Assembly (NCBI GenBank): GCA_025362975.1
Contig: JANYES010000004.1
Span: 78,390-142,389 of the forward strand
DNA from: Alphaproteobacteria bacterium
Lineage (GTDB): Bacteria; Pseudomonadota; Alphaproteobacteria; Rickettsiales; SXRF01
Direction: 5' to 3'
Length of the DNA: 64,000 bases
Every line of letters starts with the position of its first letter. Position 1 is the first letter of the stretch. Both the position numbers and the translations under genes were made by a program. Below the pieces are notes generated by a model. The model did no database searches. It worked only from the letters and a program-made list of their open reading frames with translations, and had not been told where the DNA came from. Shown here in pieces: positions 17,940-28,122 of this stretch.

Positions 17940-19262
17940 CTAATTCTCAACCTTAGATGTCGGGTTCAACAACCCATCCAGATACCGCCCCTGATACAGC
18001 GAAATCCCCAGCGCCTGCCCGTATTCAATGGCGCTCTTATTATCGCAGCGGCACAAAATCAACCGATTCGTCCCCGTCACCTTCACCGCATCCACCAGCA
18101 TCTTGCTCGCATCGCCCTTAAGGTCCGCATGCAAATCCGCGTTCCACTGAATCTTCAGCAAATCCAATCCCAGCTTCTCGCGATTGATACTCGTAAAACT
18201 CTCCGTCGTCAGCCCATCGAGGCACAACCGATACCCCAGCTTCTGCACCTCATCGCGCGCAAGGAAAAACGCCTTCATATCCGTAAACACATCCGCCACC
18301 GGAATCTCAATTACAATAGCCACCTTGTTCGCCGAACTAATCGAAGCGTCAAACTCTGCAAACCGCGCCGAAAGCAACGTCTCCACATTCAAATTCAAAC
18401 TAATTGGATTCTCCAGATAATGCGAAGGATTCCCCCGCACCAGATCGATCATCCGCTCATCCAGAATATGCGTGATATACTTAAACAGCCATCGGTTCGT
18501 AAAAAAATCCGCTTCCAGCTTCAGTAATTTCCGCAGCGCAGCAATATGAATATAAAGCTCGTCAAACACGCGCCGAACCTTCATATCGCCCAGCACCGCA
18601 CACACAGGCTGCTTACGAATTGTTGCTTTAATATCCGCCACGCGCAGCGACGCTTCCATCGCCGAAATCCGGCTCGCCTGCGTTTCCTGCACAATCGCCA
18701 CCGGCGCTTCCACAATCGTCGTAATCACCGGCTCAATCGATGGCGTATGCGTTAGCGTCTGCAAACTCTCGGCTCGTTCCGCCAGTCGCTCGGGTGCTGC
18801 CAACCGCGCGGGTGCGGGTTCCGTTCCCGGCGGGTGTGGCCTGCGCGTCGACATCACCATCCGGTGCGAACACAACGAGAAAAATTCCTGCCAGTCTTTT
18901 TTCAAATCATACACTGTGCAGAATTTCGGATTCTCATGTCCGCTATCCGTATATGCCAGCGGATCGTCCATATACAGATAACGAAGCTGGAACGTCAGCT
19001 TTTCCTTGATAATCGGCTCCATCCGCAAACACACCACCATGATGCTGTAATCCGCAAACAGGTAAATCAACCCCTCGTACGTTTTCAGCAAATCATTGAT
19101 CAAATTCACCGCGATCTTGATCTGGTAATCGCTCTTATATTCTTCCAGCAGTTCCGACAAATGGAAATGAATCGCCATCCAGCCGTCAGACTGGATTTGC
19201 TTGCTGCCCAGAAGCTGCATCAACTTAGCTTCCGGCGTTTTATTGACGAATTGCAATACCAC
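17940..19262 (-). CDS. EAL-domain-like protein with degenerate active-site motifs
   Basis: The C-terminal 250 aa follow the EAL scaffold (QP..., ISLNLNVETLLS, IVIEIP, CLDGLTTE in place of LDDFGTG, KIQ in place of KID, LCRCDN in place of AEGVE, QGRY). The N-terminal 190 aa are unassigned. Confidence 0.55.
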   Translation of the reverse strand: MVLQFVNKTPEAKLMQLLGSKQIQSDGWMAIHFHLSELLEEYKSDYQIKIAVNLINDLLKTYEGLIYLFADYSIMVVCLRMEPIIKEKLTFQLRYLYMDDPLAYTDSGHENPKFCTVYDLKKDWQEFFSLCSHRMVMSTRRPHPPGTEPAPARLAAPERLAERAESLQTLTHTPSIEPVITTIVEAPVAIVQETQASRISAMEASLRVADIKATIRKQPVCAVLGDMKVRRVFDELYIHIAALRKLLKLEADFFTNRWLFKYITHILDERMIDLVRGNPSHYLENPISLNLNVETLLSARFAEFDASISSANKVAIVIEIPVADVFTDMKAFFLARDEVQKLGYRLCLDGLTTESFTSINREKLGLDLLKIQWNADLHADLKGDASKMLVDAVKVTGTNRLILCRCDNKSAIEYGQALGISLYQGRYLDGLLNPTSKVEN

Positions 19263-19277
19263 AGTAGTTCCCGTTTG

Positions 19278-22200
19278 TTATTGACTGATAATACGTTTTG
19301 CCACGAAGGATTCAAGCGATGATGTATCGGTCTTGAGTTCCCCGCCATCTGGCGTACCCGAATACTGAATCGTCAGCGTCGGAATCGTCTCCGTCGACAT
19401 CGCCGGGAACTGGAACAGCGCCGATAGCTCCATCGTCCAAGGTACCAGCTTCAATTCCCCTTGCATATTTCCCACTGTCCCCGTCGTGCGCAAGCCAATC
19501 CCCGGCGTTCGAATCATCCCGTTTTTGATGTTCAGATTCCCATCCACCGAGAAAATCGTAAACCCATTAAAGATCGACCGATTCACACTATTAAGAACGT
19601 CCGACGACGTGCGCGAAATCGCCACACTATCCGTTACGCCCTGCATATTAATCCCCTGCACATAAATATTGCGCCCGATAATCACCATCTTGCCTTCCGC
19701 TTGCGAAACCCACGACAGCATATTCACCCCCGAAGACGTAATCGCCGCGCTCACGCTCACCTGCCCGGAAATATTCTGCCGATTCGTCAGCGACGCCATC
19801 ACCTTCTGCACCTGCGCATCCACCAGCGTAAAGCTGATCGAAAACCCCGGCACTTTCCCGCCATACAGCGAGCCCAGAATCGAACACTGCCCACCCCAAT
19901 ACGAGAAGCTGAACGTCTTAAACACCACCAGATCCTTACCGAACGTCGATTTGATTCTCAAATTCCCCAGCATGATATCCTTATGGAAAAGCCGGTTCAC
20001 ATTCAGTTCCAGCTCCCCCGAAAAACCATTCAGCCAGCTCATGTCGATCAGCTTTTCCGACCATTTTTTCTTATTCTCACCAATCGAAGCCGGGTCGCTC
20101 TTATCGCGTTTCTTCGCAATATCCTCAAGCCCTGTCGCAGCCTTCGGCGGCACCACATCGTCAATCGAATTCGCCGCCACCTGGAAGGTATTCGCCTGCG
20201 GTTTCACAAGCAGCTTCGGCCTGTTCGCCTCACGCGGCGGCGGCATTGTAGGCGGCGGCACAGTGATGGCCTCAACAGCCGGTTTCGTCGTAGGCGCCAC
20301 ATCCCCCGGCAATGCCACCGGCGCAATCACAGGCGGCACCACCGGCGTAACACTCGTCGCAGACAACGTAGCCCCCGGCGCAATCGGCGCCACAGGCGCT
20401 GCCGCCCCCGACACCGCATCGGGTGCCGCTGGCATATCCGGCGGCAATTGCGGCACAAAGGCTGGCTCACTCGCATCCGCCGCCGCTGGCAACGGCGGCA
20501 CCGTAATCGCCATCGGCCCCGTGGCATTGCCCACGCTCATCGGCCCCGTCGCATTGCCAATATTTGCAAGCCCAGCCGGAATTACCACCGGCACATCCGG
20601 CTTTTTATACGGTTCCGCATTGAAATAATCCGTGTTCAAATCCCCCGTCGTCAAACTCAAATAAAGCGCCGGTTGCTCCCCGTTCACGTTGAGCTTGAAA
20701 TACCCTTTCGTGATATCCGTCGGATACACGAAATTAATGTCATACACGCCCAGATCCCCACCCTTCGCATACAGTCGGAAAGACGCGTTATCCCCCTGCC
20801 GGTCAAGGAACGTAAACTTCTCCACGATCACCTTAAAATCAATTGCCGTCTGCAATTTCTTCAACCAGCTAAAGTTCATGTTCTTATCGAATTTCAGGAA
20901 GAAGTCGTCCTGCTGGTCCGAACTTTTCTGCTTATCGCGCCACACGTCGCGGAAATAATCGAAGCTGATATTTTTCAGTTTCAAATCCGCCTCAATGCGC
21001 GGATTAGAATCGAAATACGCCACCAGACCGCCGTTCAAATGCAAATCTCCCAGCTTCACATCCGCTTCCGAAAGCCGCAACTGGTCCGCCGAAATAAACA
21101 TATTCGAATGCGCAAAGAAATCCCCGAACCCCGTTTCCGGCAAATCCGCCGCGGTCTCGTCGAACACCGTCAACATTTTGCGCAGCGATTTACCTGTAGT
21201 TTCCAGGCTCCCTTCAAACCGCAAATCGCTCGTCGCCGATGGCGAAATGACGCCAAACACTGTCACAGTAGAATCGCCCTGCAACTTCACATTGAACTGG
21301 TTCACCGTCACCGCGCCTGAGCCGATCGTCGCTGACATCTGCGCATCTTTCCACACCTGCGGCCCATAGAAAATCTCATCCGCCTTCAAATTCATCGAAA
21401 TGCTGATGTTATCGGGAATCGGATTCGGTGCCGCCTCGTTGAGGTCGCGATACACCATCGTCTCGCCTTCGCGTTTAAACGCCGCCACCAGCAGCAAGCT
21501 CCACTGGTCATAGCTGATCGCCGAAAACTTCATGTCGATATTCAAATTCGGCTTCCACTGCGACCACGTAAGCCCAATCGCCCCCGCTCCCGCCGATCCC
21601 AAGCCCTCAAGTTTGAATTTATCCATCTGCACCGAAAGCCCGTGCTGCGTCCAGTCGCTGGTAATATTCAGCGGCAGCAACGTTTTTTCATCCGATTTTT
21701 TCGTAAACTGATTCGTCACCTTCTCGAACAAATGCTGTTCCTGCGGCTTCGTCGCCTTCATCCATTCCGGCGCATTTTCAAGGTTCAGCGCAAACGTGCC
21801 CTTCAAATCCGGCAGCTCGCCAGACGTATCCAGATTGCCCTTAATCTCCAAAGAATCCGTCGCCCCCGACGTCGCCTTAAACGTAAACGGCACCGCCTTC
21901 TGCCCCTCAACCGCCGCCTCGGTATTCATCCCGAAAACCAGATCATGCCCTGCAATCCGGAAACTCCCCGCCCCCGACATCGTCGCCTTGCTCACCGCCG
22001 ACATGTTGATGTTTTCAATTGTCGTCGTATGCTCCGTCGCGGTATCGCGATACATAATCCGCCCGTCATTGACGCGTACATTCACCGACCCACCCGCTTC
22101 ATTCGTCGAAAGCGCTTTCAGTAATCCCGCATTCATCCAATCCCAATGAATCAGGTTATCCTCTGCCTGCACCAGCTCCAGTACCGGCCGATCCATCGTA

Positions 22201-22553
22201 ATATTAGAAATCGCCAGCTTGTCCGAGAAAATTGAAAACAGCGGCACCTGAATGCTGACCAGATCAATCGCCACCGCTGGCGCCGGTTTATCGCTCGCCG
22301 CGTCGCGCAGCTCCAGCCCCGGAATGTACAACGTCGGCGTCGGCAGCAGCTGCGCCGTCACCACGCCCTTGATCATCACCTTGCGATTGGTCTGCGCCTG
22401 AATCACCTGCGTAATCCGCTCGGCGTAATTGCGCGTGTCCACCATCCCCTGCAACAGCAGAATCAACCCCAGCACGCCCAAAATGGCAATACCGATCCCC
22501 ACAGCAATCTTCAGCTGTTTAGGTGAGTTTTGTTTTTTTTTGTTTTTTGCCAT
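19278..22553 (-). CDS. AsmA-family large envelope protein with Pro/Ala-rich insertion
   Basis: 1091 aa. It has an N-terminal anchor plus AsmA-like start (KIAVGIGIAILGVLGLILLL...ITQVIQAQTNRKVMIKG...LLPTPTLYIPGLEL), an AsmA-like C-terminal region and a low-complexity P/A/V linker in the middle. Confidence 0.75.
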   Translation of the reverse strand: MAKNKKKQNSPKQLKIAVGIGIAILGVLGLILLLQGMVDTRNYAERITQVIQAQTNRKVMIKGVVTAQLLPTPTLYIPGLELRDAASDKPAPAVAIDLVSIQVPLFSIFSDKLAISNITMDRPVLELVQAEDNLIHWDWMNAGLLKALSTNEAGGSVNVRVNDGRIMYRDTATEHTTTIENINMSAVSKATMSGAGSFRIAGHDLVFGMNTEAAVEGQKAVPFTFKATSGATDSLEIKGNLDTSGELPDLKGTFALNLENAPEWMKATKPQEQHLFEKVTNQFTKKSDEKTLLPLNITSDWTQHGLSVQMDKFKLEGLGSAGAGAIGLTWSQWKPNLNIDMKFSAISYDQWSLLLVAAFKREGETMVYRDLNEAAPNPIPDNISISMNLKADEIFYGPQVWKDAQMSATIGSGAVTVNQFNVKLQGDSTVTVFGVISPSATSDLRFEGSLETTGKSLRKMLTVFDETAADLPETGFGDFFAHSNMFISADQLRLSEADVKLGDLHLNGGLVAYFDSNPRIEADLKLKNISFDYFRDVWRDKQKSSDQQDDFFLKFDKNMNFSWLKKLQTAIDFKVIVEKFTFLDRQGDNASFRLYAKGGDLGVYDINFVYPTDITKGYFKLNVNGEQPALYLSLTTGDLNTDYFNAEPYKKPDVPVVIPAGLANIGNATGPMSVGNATGPMAITVPPLPAAADASEPAFVPQLPPDMPAAPDAVSGAAAPVAPIAPGATLSATSVTPVVPPVIAPVALPGDVAPTTKPAVEAITVPPPTMPPPREANRPKLLVKPQANTFQVAANSIDDVVPPKAATGLEDIAKKRDKSDPASIGENKKKWSEKLIDMSWLNGFSGELELNVNRLFHKDIMLGNLRIKSTFGKDLVVFKTFSFSYWGGQCSILGSLYGGKVPGFSISFTLVDAQVQKVMASLTNRQNISGQVSVSAAITSSGVNMLSWVSQAEGKMVIIGRNIYVQGINMQGVTDSVAISRTSSDVLNSVNRSIFNGFTIFSVDGNLNIKNGMIRTPGIGLRTTGTVGNMQGELKLVPWTMELSALFQFPAMSTETIPTLTIQYSGTPDGGELKTDTSSLESFVAKRIISQ
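20511..20564. repeat. In-frame 27-bp tandem duplication inside the AsmA-family gene
   Basis: CATCGGCCCCGTGGCATTGCCCACGCT / CATCGGCCCCGTCGCATTGCCAATATT, encoding GNATGPMSV-GNATGPMAI on the minus strand. Confidence 0.8.
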
Positions 22554-22591
22554 CGGTTAAGTGTATGATTAAAGTGATAATTATTTGCTAA

Positions 22592-23209
22592 TCAGCGATG
22601 CAGTACGAATATCCCCTGCTCACCGAAGACGTTAGCAAATAATCCCTTATTATTGAAATAGTTAGGCGCTCCCTGATGGGTAACATACAGTTTTTTCTCA
22701 ATCGTCAGCTGCATCCGCTCGCACAAATTCACGAAATCCGTAATCGTGCAGAAATGGATATTCGGCGTGTCATACCACTCGTAGCTTAACGTTTTCGTAA
22801 CCGGCATCTGCCCCATGAACACAAGGTACAGCCGGTTTTTCCAATGCCCGAAATTCGGCACCGACACAATCGCATGCCGCGCAATCCGCACCAGTTGCTT
22901 GAGCACTTCATGCGGCTGCCTCAACGTCTGCAACGTCTGGCTCAAAACAGCATAGTCATACGCCTGATCGGGGTAATACTGCAAATCCGTATCCGCATCC
23001 CCCTGAATCACCGAAAGCCCTCGCGCAATCGACCGGTTCACCCCACTCTGGCTCAACTCAATCCCGCGCCCCGAAACCTTCTTATTTTCCTGCAACCACG
23101 ACAACAAATCCCCCTCGCCGCAGCCGATATCCAGCAACGACGACCCCGGCTTCACAAGTTCGCCGATGGCCTTCAAATCCGGCCTGAGGTTGATAATCTT
23201 ATCCATCAA
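22592..23209 (-). CDS. metW: Methionine biosynthesis protein MetW
   Basis: [26 protein letters not shown]... SAM-MTase-like MetW pattern, with a 4-nt overlap with metX. Confidence 0.85.
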   Translation of the reverse strand: MMDKIINLRPDLKAIGELVKPGSSLLDIGCGEGDLLSWLQENKKVSGRGIELSQSGVNRSIARGLSVIQGDADTDLQYYPDQAYDYAVLSQTLQTLRQPHEVLKQLVRIARHAIVSVPNFGHWKNRLYLVFMGQMPVTKTLSYEWYDTPNIHFCTITDFVNLCERMQLTIEKKLYVTHQGAPNYFNNKGLFANVFGEQGIFVLHR

Positions 23210-24366
23210 TCCACTCCATACATCGCAGCCGAACCATGCAAAAATCCTGTCATCACAGCATCAAACTCCGGCACGTCCAGCAAGAACGAATCGTGCCCCT
23301 TATCGGTGTTTATCTCGGTGAAACTCACATTGGCGGCGACCGCGTTCAGTGCGCGGACGAGATTCCGGCTTTCCACGGACGCGTACAGCCAGTCACTGCT
23401 GAATGATACCACGCAAAAGCGAACTTTAGTACCGGCAAATACATCCGTAAGCCGCGCCCGCCCGCCCTGCGACAAATCGAAATAACTCGCCGCCCGCGTA
23501 AGGTATAAATACGAATTCGGATCGAATCGTTCAACGAAACTCACCCCCTGATGCCGCAAATAACTCTCCACGCTGAAATCCGCATCGAACCCGTAAGTAT
23601 ATTCCTCCCGGTCCTGCAAATTCCGCCCGAATTTTTCCTGCAACATGCTCTGCGACACATACGTCACATGCGCCGCCATACGCGCCACCGCCAGCCCTTT
23701 ATGCGGATATTTCCGCTGCGCTAAATAATCCCCGTCGCACCAGTCCGGGTCCGCCATAATCGCCTGCCGCCCGATTTCATGGAACGCGATATTCTGTGCT
23801 GACTGGCGCGTCGCCGTCGCAATGGGTGCTGCCGCAAATAACCGCTCCGGAAACCGCGTCGCCCATTCCAGCACCTGCATGCCGCCCATCGACCCACCGA
23901 TCACCGCAAACAACTTCTCAATCCCCAGATAATCCACCAGCAGCGCCTGCACGCGCACCATATCGCTCACCGTAATAAACGGAAAATTCAGCCCCCAAGC
24001 CTTCCCTGTCGCCGGGTCAATTTCCTTCGGCCCGAATGACCCCATGCAACTACCGATCACATTCGAGCAGATCACAAAAAACCGGTTCGTATCGATCGGT
24101 TTTCCCGGCCCGATCATCCGGTCCCACCAGCCGGGTTTCCCCGTCACCGGATGAATTCCCGTCACATACTGATCCCCCGTCAACGCATGGCACACTAAAA
24201 TGGCGTTATTGCGTTTCGCGTTCAGCGTTCCATAAGTTTGATAAGCCAGAGGAAAATTACTAATCGGCACGCCACATTCAAGCGTCAACGGCGCGTCCCT
24301 GCCAAGGGTCACGATCTCGCCGATTTCAACTTCACGGTAGCTAGCGCCAAAATAAGATTTCACCAT
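23206..24366 (-). CDS. metX: Homoserine O-acetyltransferase
   Basis: 386 aa alpha/beta hydrolase with the GGSMGGMQ nucleophile elbow and typical MetX N-terminus (...[21 protein letters not shown]). Confidence 0.9.
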   Translation of the reverse strand: MVKSYFGASYREVEIGEIVTLGRDAPLTLECGVPISNFPLAYQTYGTLNAKRNNAILVCHALTGDQYVTGIHPVTGKPGWWDRMIGPGKPIDTNRFFVICSNVIGSCMGSFGPKEIDPATGKAWGLNFPFITVSDMVRVQALLVDYLGIEKLFAVIGGSMGGMQVLEWATRFPERLFAAAPIATATRQSAQNIAFHEIGRQAIMADPDWCDGDYLAQRKYPHKGLAVARMAAHVTYVSQSMLQEKFGRNLQDREEYTYGFDADFSVESYLRHQGVSFVERFDPNSYLYLTRAASYFDLSQGGRARLTDVFAGTKVRFCVVSFSSDWLYASVESRNLVRALNAVAANVSFTEINTDKGHDSFLLDVPEFDAVMTGFLHGSAAMYGVD

Positions 24367-24787
24367 ATATTCTATAGATATGGCAAGGCGCGCGCGTGGT
24401 CAAGATAAGCTTTTTTTTGAATCGCTTAAACCAATGCTTAACCTAAACCCCTATTTCTATTAACATTCGCCAATACTTTACAGGAGATTGTAATGGCCCG
24501 CGACGGTGTAAATCCCCACTAAATTGAAATCAAACGAAGCCCTCACCATGTCCGCTAGCGCCCTGCTCAAACAAGCCGATGAAATCAGCAAATGGAGCGT
24601 GCCCGCGCAAGTCAGCCGCGTCGGCCCTTCCATATGGACTTCAGCCTGCGGCGAATAACCAGCCGAATCATCCGCTTGAATACATAGTAACACCGCCCCC
24701 TTGCACGCCTTTTTTGCGCTTACATTACCTTGAATAAGAATTTTCCTTCGACTATGATCTGCGCCCAAGTTTGAAAGACCGCAAGCA

Positions 24788-25720
24788 ATGATAAAAAAAG
24801 ACCCGCCGCTGGAGACAGAACTCTCTGCTTTCCGCAAGCAGATTGACGACATTGACGACCAGCTCATCACGTTGCTGAAAGACCGCATCGCCATTGTCTC
24901 GAAAGTCGGCGAATATAAGCGCCGCACCTTCCCCGGCCGCTGCCCCATCCGCCCCGCCCGCGAAGCGGAAATGATCCGCCGCATCATCGGTAAATTCGCT
25001 GGCTCGCAATTCCTCCCTGCCGCCGCAGCCGACCTCTGGCGCACCATCATCGGCGCTTCCACCACCGTGGAATCCACGCTCTCCATGTCCGTCTTCCACC
25101 CCGACCGCGACAACGATTATTTCTGGATGGCCCGCGAATATTTCGGCCCGTTCCTCCCCATCATCAAACAACCCCACATCAAGCGCGTCATCGGCGATAT
25201 TTTAGACGGCAAAGCCGCCGTAGGCGTCGTCCCCATGCTTCGCAGCTCCGACACCACCTTCTGGTGGACCAACCTCATCCAGCAAGGCCACGACGCCCCC
25301 AAAGTCTTCGCCCGCATTCCGTTCGTCTACCACGAAACCCCACCGCGCGACGCGCCCTCCGCCCTTGCCATCGCACGCTTACTCCCTGAACCAAGCGACG
25401 ACGACAATTCCCTCATCGTCCTCGAAGCCGACGCGAACGTCAGTCAGCATAAGCTGCAAAGCGCCTTCCTCACCGCTAAGCTTGACTCCACATGGATCAA
25501 CATCGCCACCCTAAGCCCCGTCGCCCGCCACCACTTAATTGAAGTGCGCGGCTTCGTCACCCTCGATCACCCCGGCATCGACATCATTCGCGCCACCCTC
25601 GGCACCTCCATCTTCAACCTGAGCTTCCTCGGCGCCTACGCCGTCCCCATCGTCATCAACAACACCGCAAGACAGACCATCGCCAATGACCCAGCCAAAA
25701 CCCTCCAGCCCGCCCAATAA
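24788..25720 (+). CDS. Chorismate mutase family protein
   Basis: N-terminal AroQ helix ELSAFRKQIDDIDDQLITLLKDRIAIVSKVGEYK. The long C-terminal domain is unassigned. It sits upstream of hisC-tyrC, as in many alphaproteobacteria. Confidence 0.75.
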   Translation: MIKKDPPLETELSAFRKQIDDIDDQLITLLKDRIAIVSKVGEYKRRTFPGRCPIRPAREAEMIRRIIGKFAGSQFLPAAAADLWRTIIGASTTVESTLSMSVFHPDRDNDYFWMAREYFGPFLPIIKQPHIKRVIGDILDGKAAVGVVPMLRSSDTTFWWTNLIQQGHDAPKVFARIPFVYHETPPRDAPSALAIARLLPEPSDDDNSLIVLEADANVSQHKLQSAFLTAKLDSTWINIATLSPVARHHLIEVRGFVTLDHPGIDIIRATLGTSIFNLSFLGAYAVPIVINNTARQTIANDPAKTLQPAQ

Positions 25721-26837
25721 ACCCACGCCCAAACAAGGCGTGCTGGACATCGCCCCTTATGTCGGCGGCCAATCTAAATTATTAAAAGGGGCCAAAGCCA
25801 ACCCCGGTGTGCGCGTGGTCAAACTTTCCTCTAACGAAACCCCGCTCGGTGCGAGCCCCCTCGCCATCAAAGCCTACGCCGAAACCGCAAGTTACCTCCA
25901 CCGCTACCCCGACGGCAACACCATCGCCCTTCGCGAAGCGATCGCCGAAGTCCAGAACCTCCCGATGGCCCAGCTCGCCTGCGGCGCCGGTTCGGACGAA
26001 CTCATCGCCTTCCTCATCAACGGCTACACCACCCCCGGCGACGAAATCCTCTACAGCCAGTACGGCTTCATCATGTACAAAATCTACGCGCAAGCCGCCG
26101 GTTGCACCCCCGTCACCGCCCCCGAAAAAAACTACAAAACCGACGTCGACGCCATCCTCGCCGCCGTCACTCCCCGCACCAAAATCGTCTTCATCGCCAA
26201 CCCCAACAACCCCACCGGCAGCTACTTAACAGCCACCGAAATGAAGCGCCTCCACGCAGGCCTCCCCACCAATGTCATCCTAGCCATCGACGGCGCCTAC
26301 AGCGAATACGCAACCGAGATCGTCGACTATTCGGATGGCCGCGAACTCGTCGCGTCTAGCGAAAACACCATCATGCTACGCACCTTCTCCAAAATCCACG
26401 GCCTCTCCTCCTTGCGCGTAGGCTGGGCCTATGGCCCCCCAGACATCATCGACGTCATCAACCGCATCCGTGGCCCCTTCAACATCTGCGGCCCCGGCAT
26501 CGCCGCCGCCTCCGCCGCCATGCGCGACACCGCCTACGCCGACAAAACCCGCGCCTTCAACACTAAATGGCTCGCGTGGCTCACCACCGAACTCACCAAA
26601 CTCGGCTTACACGTCTATCCCAGCATCACCAACTTCCTCATGATAGAATTCCCCCCAAAAAATTATAACGGTGGAAAGCACAGCGCCGCGAATGCCAACC
26701 TCCACCTCATGGAACTAGGGCTCATCGTCCGCGAAGTCGCCGCCTACGGCCTCCCAGATTGCCTGCGCATTTCCATCGGCCTCGAAGAAGACAACAAAGC
26801 CGTGATCGCCGCACTCACCGACTTCCTGAAATCCTAA
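25686..26837 (+). CDS. hisC: Histidinol-phosphate / aromatic aminotransferase
   Basis: Class II aminotransferase pattern (LSSNETPLG, IANPNNPTG, RTFSKIHGLSSLRVGW, a PLP-Lys context). Confidence 0.85.
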   Translation: MTQPKPSSPPNKPTPKQGVLDIAPYVGGQSKLLKGAKANPGVRVVKLSSNETPLGASPLAIKAYAETASYLHRYPDGNTIALREAIAEVQNLPMAQLACGAGSDELIAFLINGYTTPGDEILYSQYGFIMYKIYAQAAGCTPVTAPEKNYKTDVDAILAAVTPRTKIVFIANPNNPTGSYLTATEMKRLHAGLPTNVILAIDGAYSEYATEIVDYSDGRELVASSENTIMLRTFSKIHGLSSLRVGWAYGPPDIIDVINRIRGPFNICGPGIAAASAAMRDTAYADKTRAFNTKWLAWLTTELTKLGLHVYPSITNFLMIEFPPKNYNGGKHSAANANLHLMELGLIVREVAAYGLPDCLRISIGLEEDNKAVIAALTDFLKS

Positions 26838-27934
26838 TGGCCGCCCGTCTATTCGAACGCATCACCGTCATCGGCCTGGGCCTCATCGGCAGCTCCATCG
26901 CCAGGGCCATTCACGAGCGCGGCCTCGCCACCACCATCGTCGCTTACGACCGCAACGAAGTCTCCCTCGCTTACGGCCGCAAACACGGCTTCGTCGATAT
27001 CGCCGAGCTGAAACTAAAAGACGCCGTCGCCAATTCCGACGTCATCATCATCGCCACCCCACCCAATACCCTGGAAGACATCGCCAAAAAAATCGCCTCC
27101 GCGCTCAAACCGGGCGCTATCGTCATGGATGTCTGCTCCGTCAAGCAACCCGCCGTAGAATCCATCGAGCCGCATCTGCCCAAAAACGTCTATTTCCTCC
27201 CCGCCCACCCCATCGCGGGCAGCGAACATTCCGGCGTAGCCGCCGGTCGCGCCGATCTCTTCGAACACAAGCGTGTCATCATCACCCCCTCCGACCCCAG
27301 CGTCATCGAACCTATCTTCCAGCAAGTCGACACCTTCTGGAAATCAATGGGCGCAAAAGTCGAAGCCATGCCCGCCCACCTCCACGACCTCGTCTACGCC
27401 TACGTCTCCCACCTCCCGCAACTATTGGCCTTCGCCGCCGGCAGCGTCCTCGACATCCCACCCGAAACCGAATCCGCCGACGACCTCCTGCGCATTTTCC
27501 TGCGCCTGTCCCATTCGAACACCGACATGTGGACCGAAATCTTCCTGCTCAACAAAGACAACATCGTCACCGCCTTAAACCGCTACCTCGACGCCATCGA
27601 CCACATCAAAACAGAACTCTGCGAAGCCCCCGACGATGCCCCCATCCCCGAGTCCGACACCGTCCTCGCCCGCACCGCGCTCTTCCCCCGCGTCGTCGCC
27701 TCCTGCCTCATCACCACCGTCATGGAAGCCGAAAAAAAAGCCGGCTTCTCCTTCGCCAGATACGCCGGGCCCGGTTTCGCCGACTTCACCTACCCCGCCA
27801 GCCAATCCCCCGAAGGCGACATCGAATCCATCGCCAACCAATACGTCGCCGTCGTCGAAGTCCTCGAAGAATTCACCGCCCGCCTGAAAGCCCTCAGCCT
27901 CGCCATCTCCACCGGCAACGAAGATTATTTGTAA
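26837..27934 (+). CDS. tyrC: Prephenate/arogenate dehydrogenase
   Basis: Start at MAARLFERITVIGLGLIGSSIA (Rossmann GxGxxG), with the ATG overlapping the hisC stop (TAATG). HPIAGSE motif present. Confidence 0.85.
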   Translation: MAARLFERITVIGLGLIGSSIARAIHERGLATTIVAYDRNEVSLAYGRKHGFVDIAELKLKDAVANSDVIIIATPPNTLEDIAKKIASALKPGAIVMDVCSVKQPAVESIEPHLPKNVYFLPAHPIAGSEHSGVAAGRADLFEHKRVIITPSDPSVIEPIFQQVDTFWKSMGAKVEAMPAHLHDLVYAYVSHLPQLLAFAAGSVLDIPPETESADDLLRIFLRLSHSNTDMWTEIFLLNKDNIVTALNRYLDAIDHIKTELCEAPDDAPIPESDTVLARTALFPRVVASCLITTVMEAEKKAGFSFARYAGPGFADFTYPASQSPEGDIESIANQYVAVVEVLEEFTARLKALSLAISTGNEDYL

Positions 27935-28028
27935 AAACCCCTTCCGGGCCACCCCACCCCGTGTTTTCATAACCCTGTCATGCATGACAACCCGGACCGC
28001 CCGAAGGACCGTAGTTCCCAAGGGCGGC

Positions 28029-28122
28029 ATGAAAGACTCGGCGACACGTTCAGGTAAACTCTGGACGTGGCCGGACACAGGCGGAAGCCCGTATCCGGCA
28101 CACACCTCACGTACTCTTTCAT
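28029..28122. other. Candidate structured RNA / multi-hairpin non-coding element
   Basis: An 8-bp closing helix ATGAAAGA(28029)/TCTTTCAT(28115) encloses the hairpins CGTTCAG-N7-CTGGACG and GCCGGA-N18-TCCGGC. It is preceded by CCGCCC-N19-GGGCGG (27997-28027) and the palindrome TGTCATGCATGACA (27977-27990). No plausible ORF and no family recognised. Confidence 0.25.

Noticed and set aside
19461-21320. 619-aa plus-strand ORF, together with 19669..20628, 21642..22124 and others, overlapping the AsmA-family gene.
   Set aside because: Extremely Arg/His/Pro-rich, low-complexity translation antisense to a well-formed gene. This is a typical antisense open frame in GC3-rich DNA.
24367-24480. SAM-II riboswitch in the metX leader.
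   Set aside because: GCGATTC and AAAGCT are present but only about 8 nt apart. The roughly 35-nt hairpin and pseudoknot spacing of SAM-II is missing. A covariance-model scan is needed to decide.
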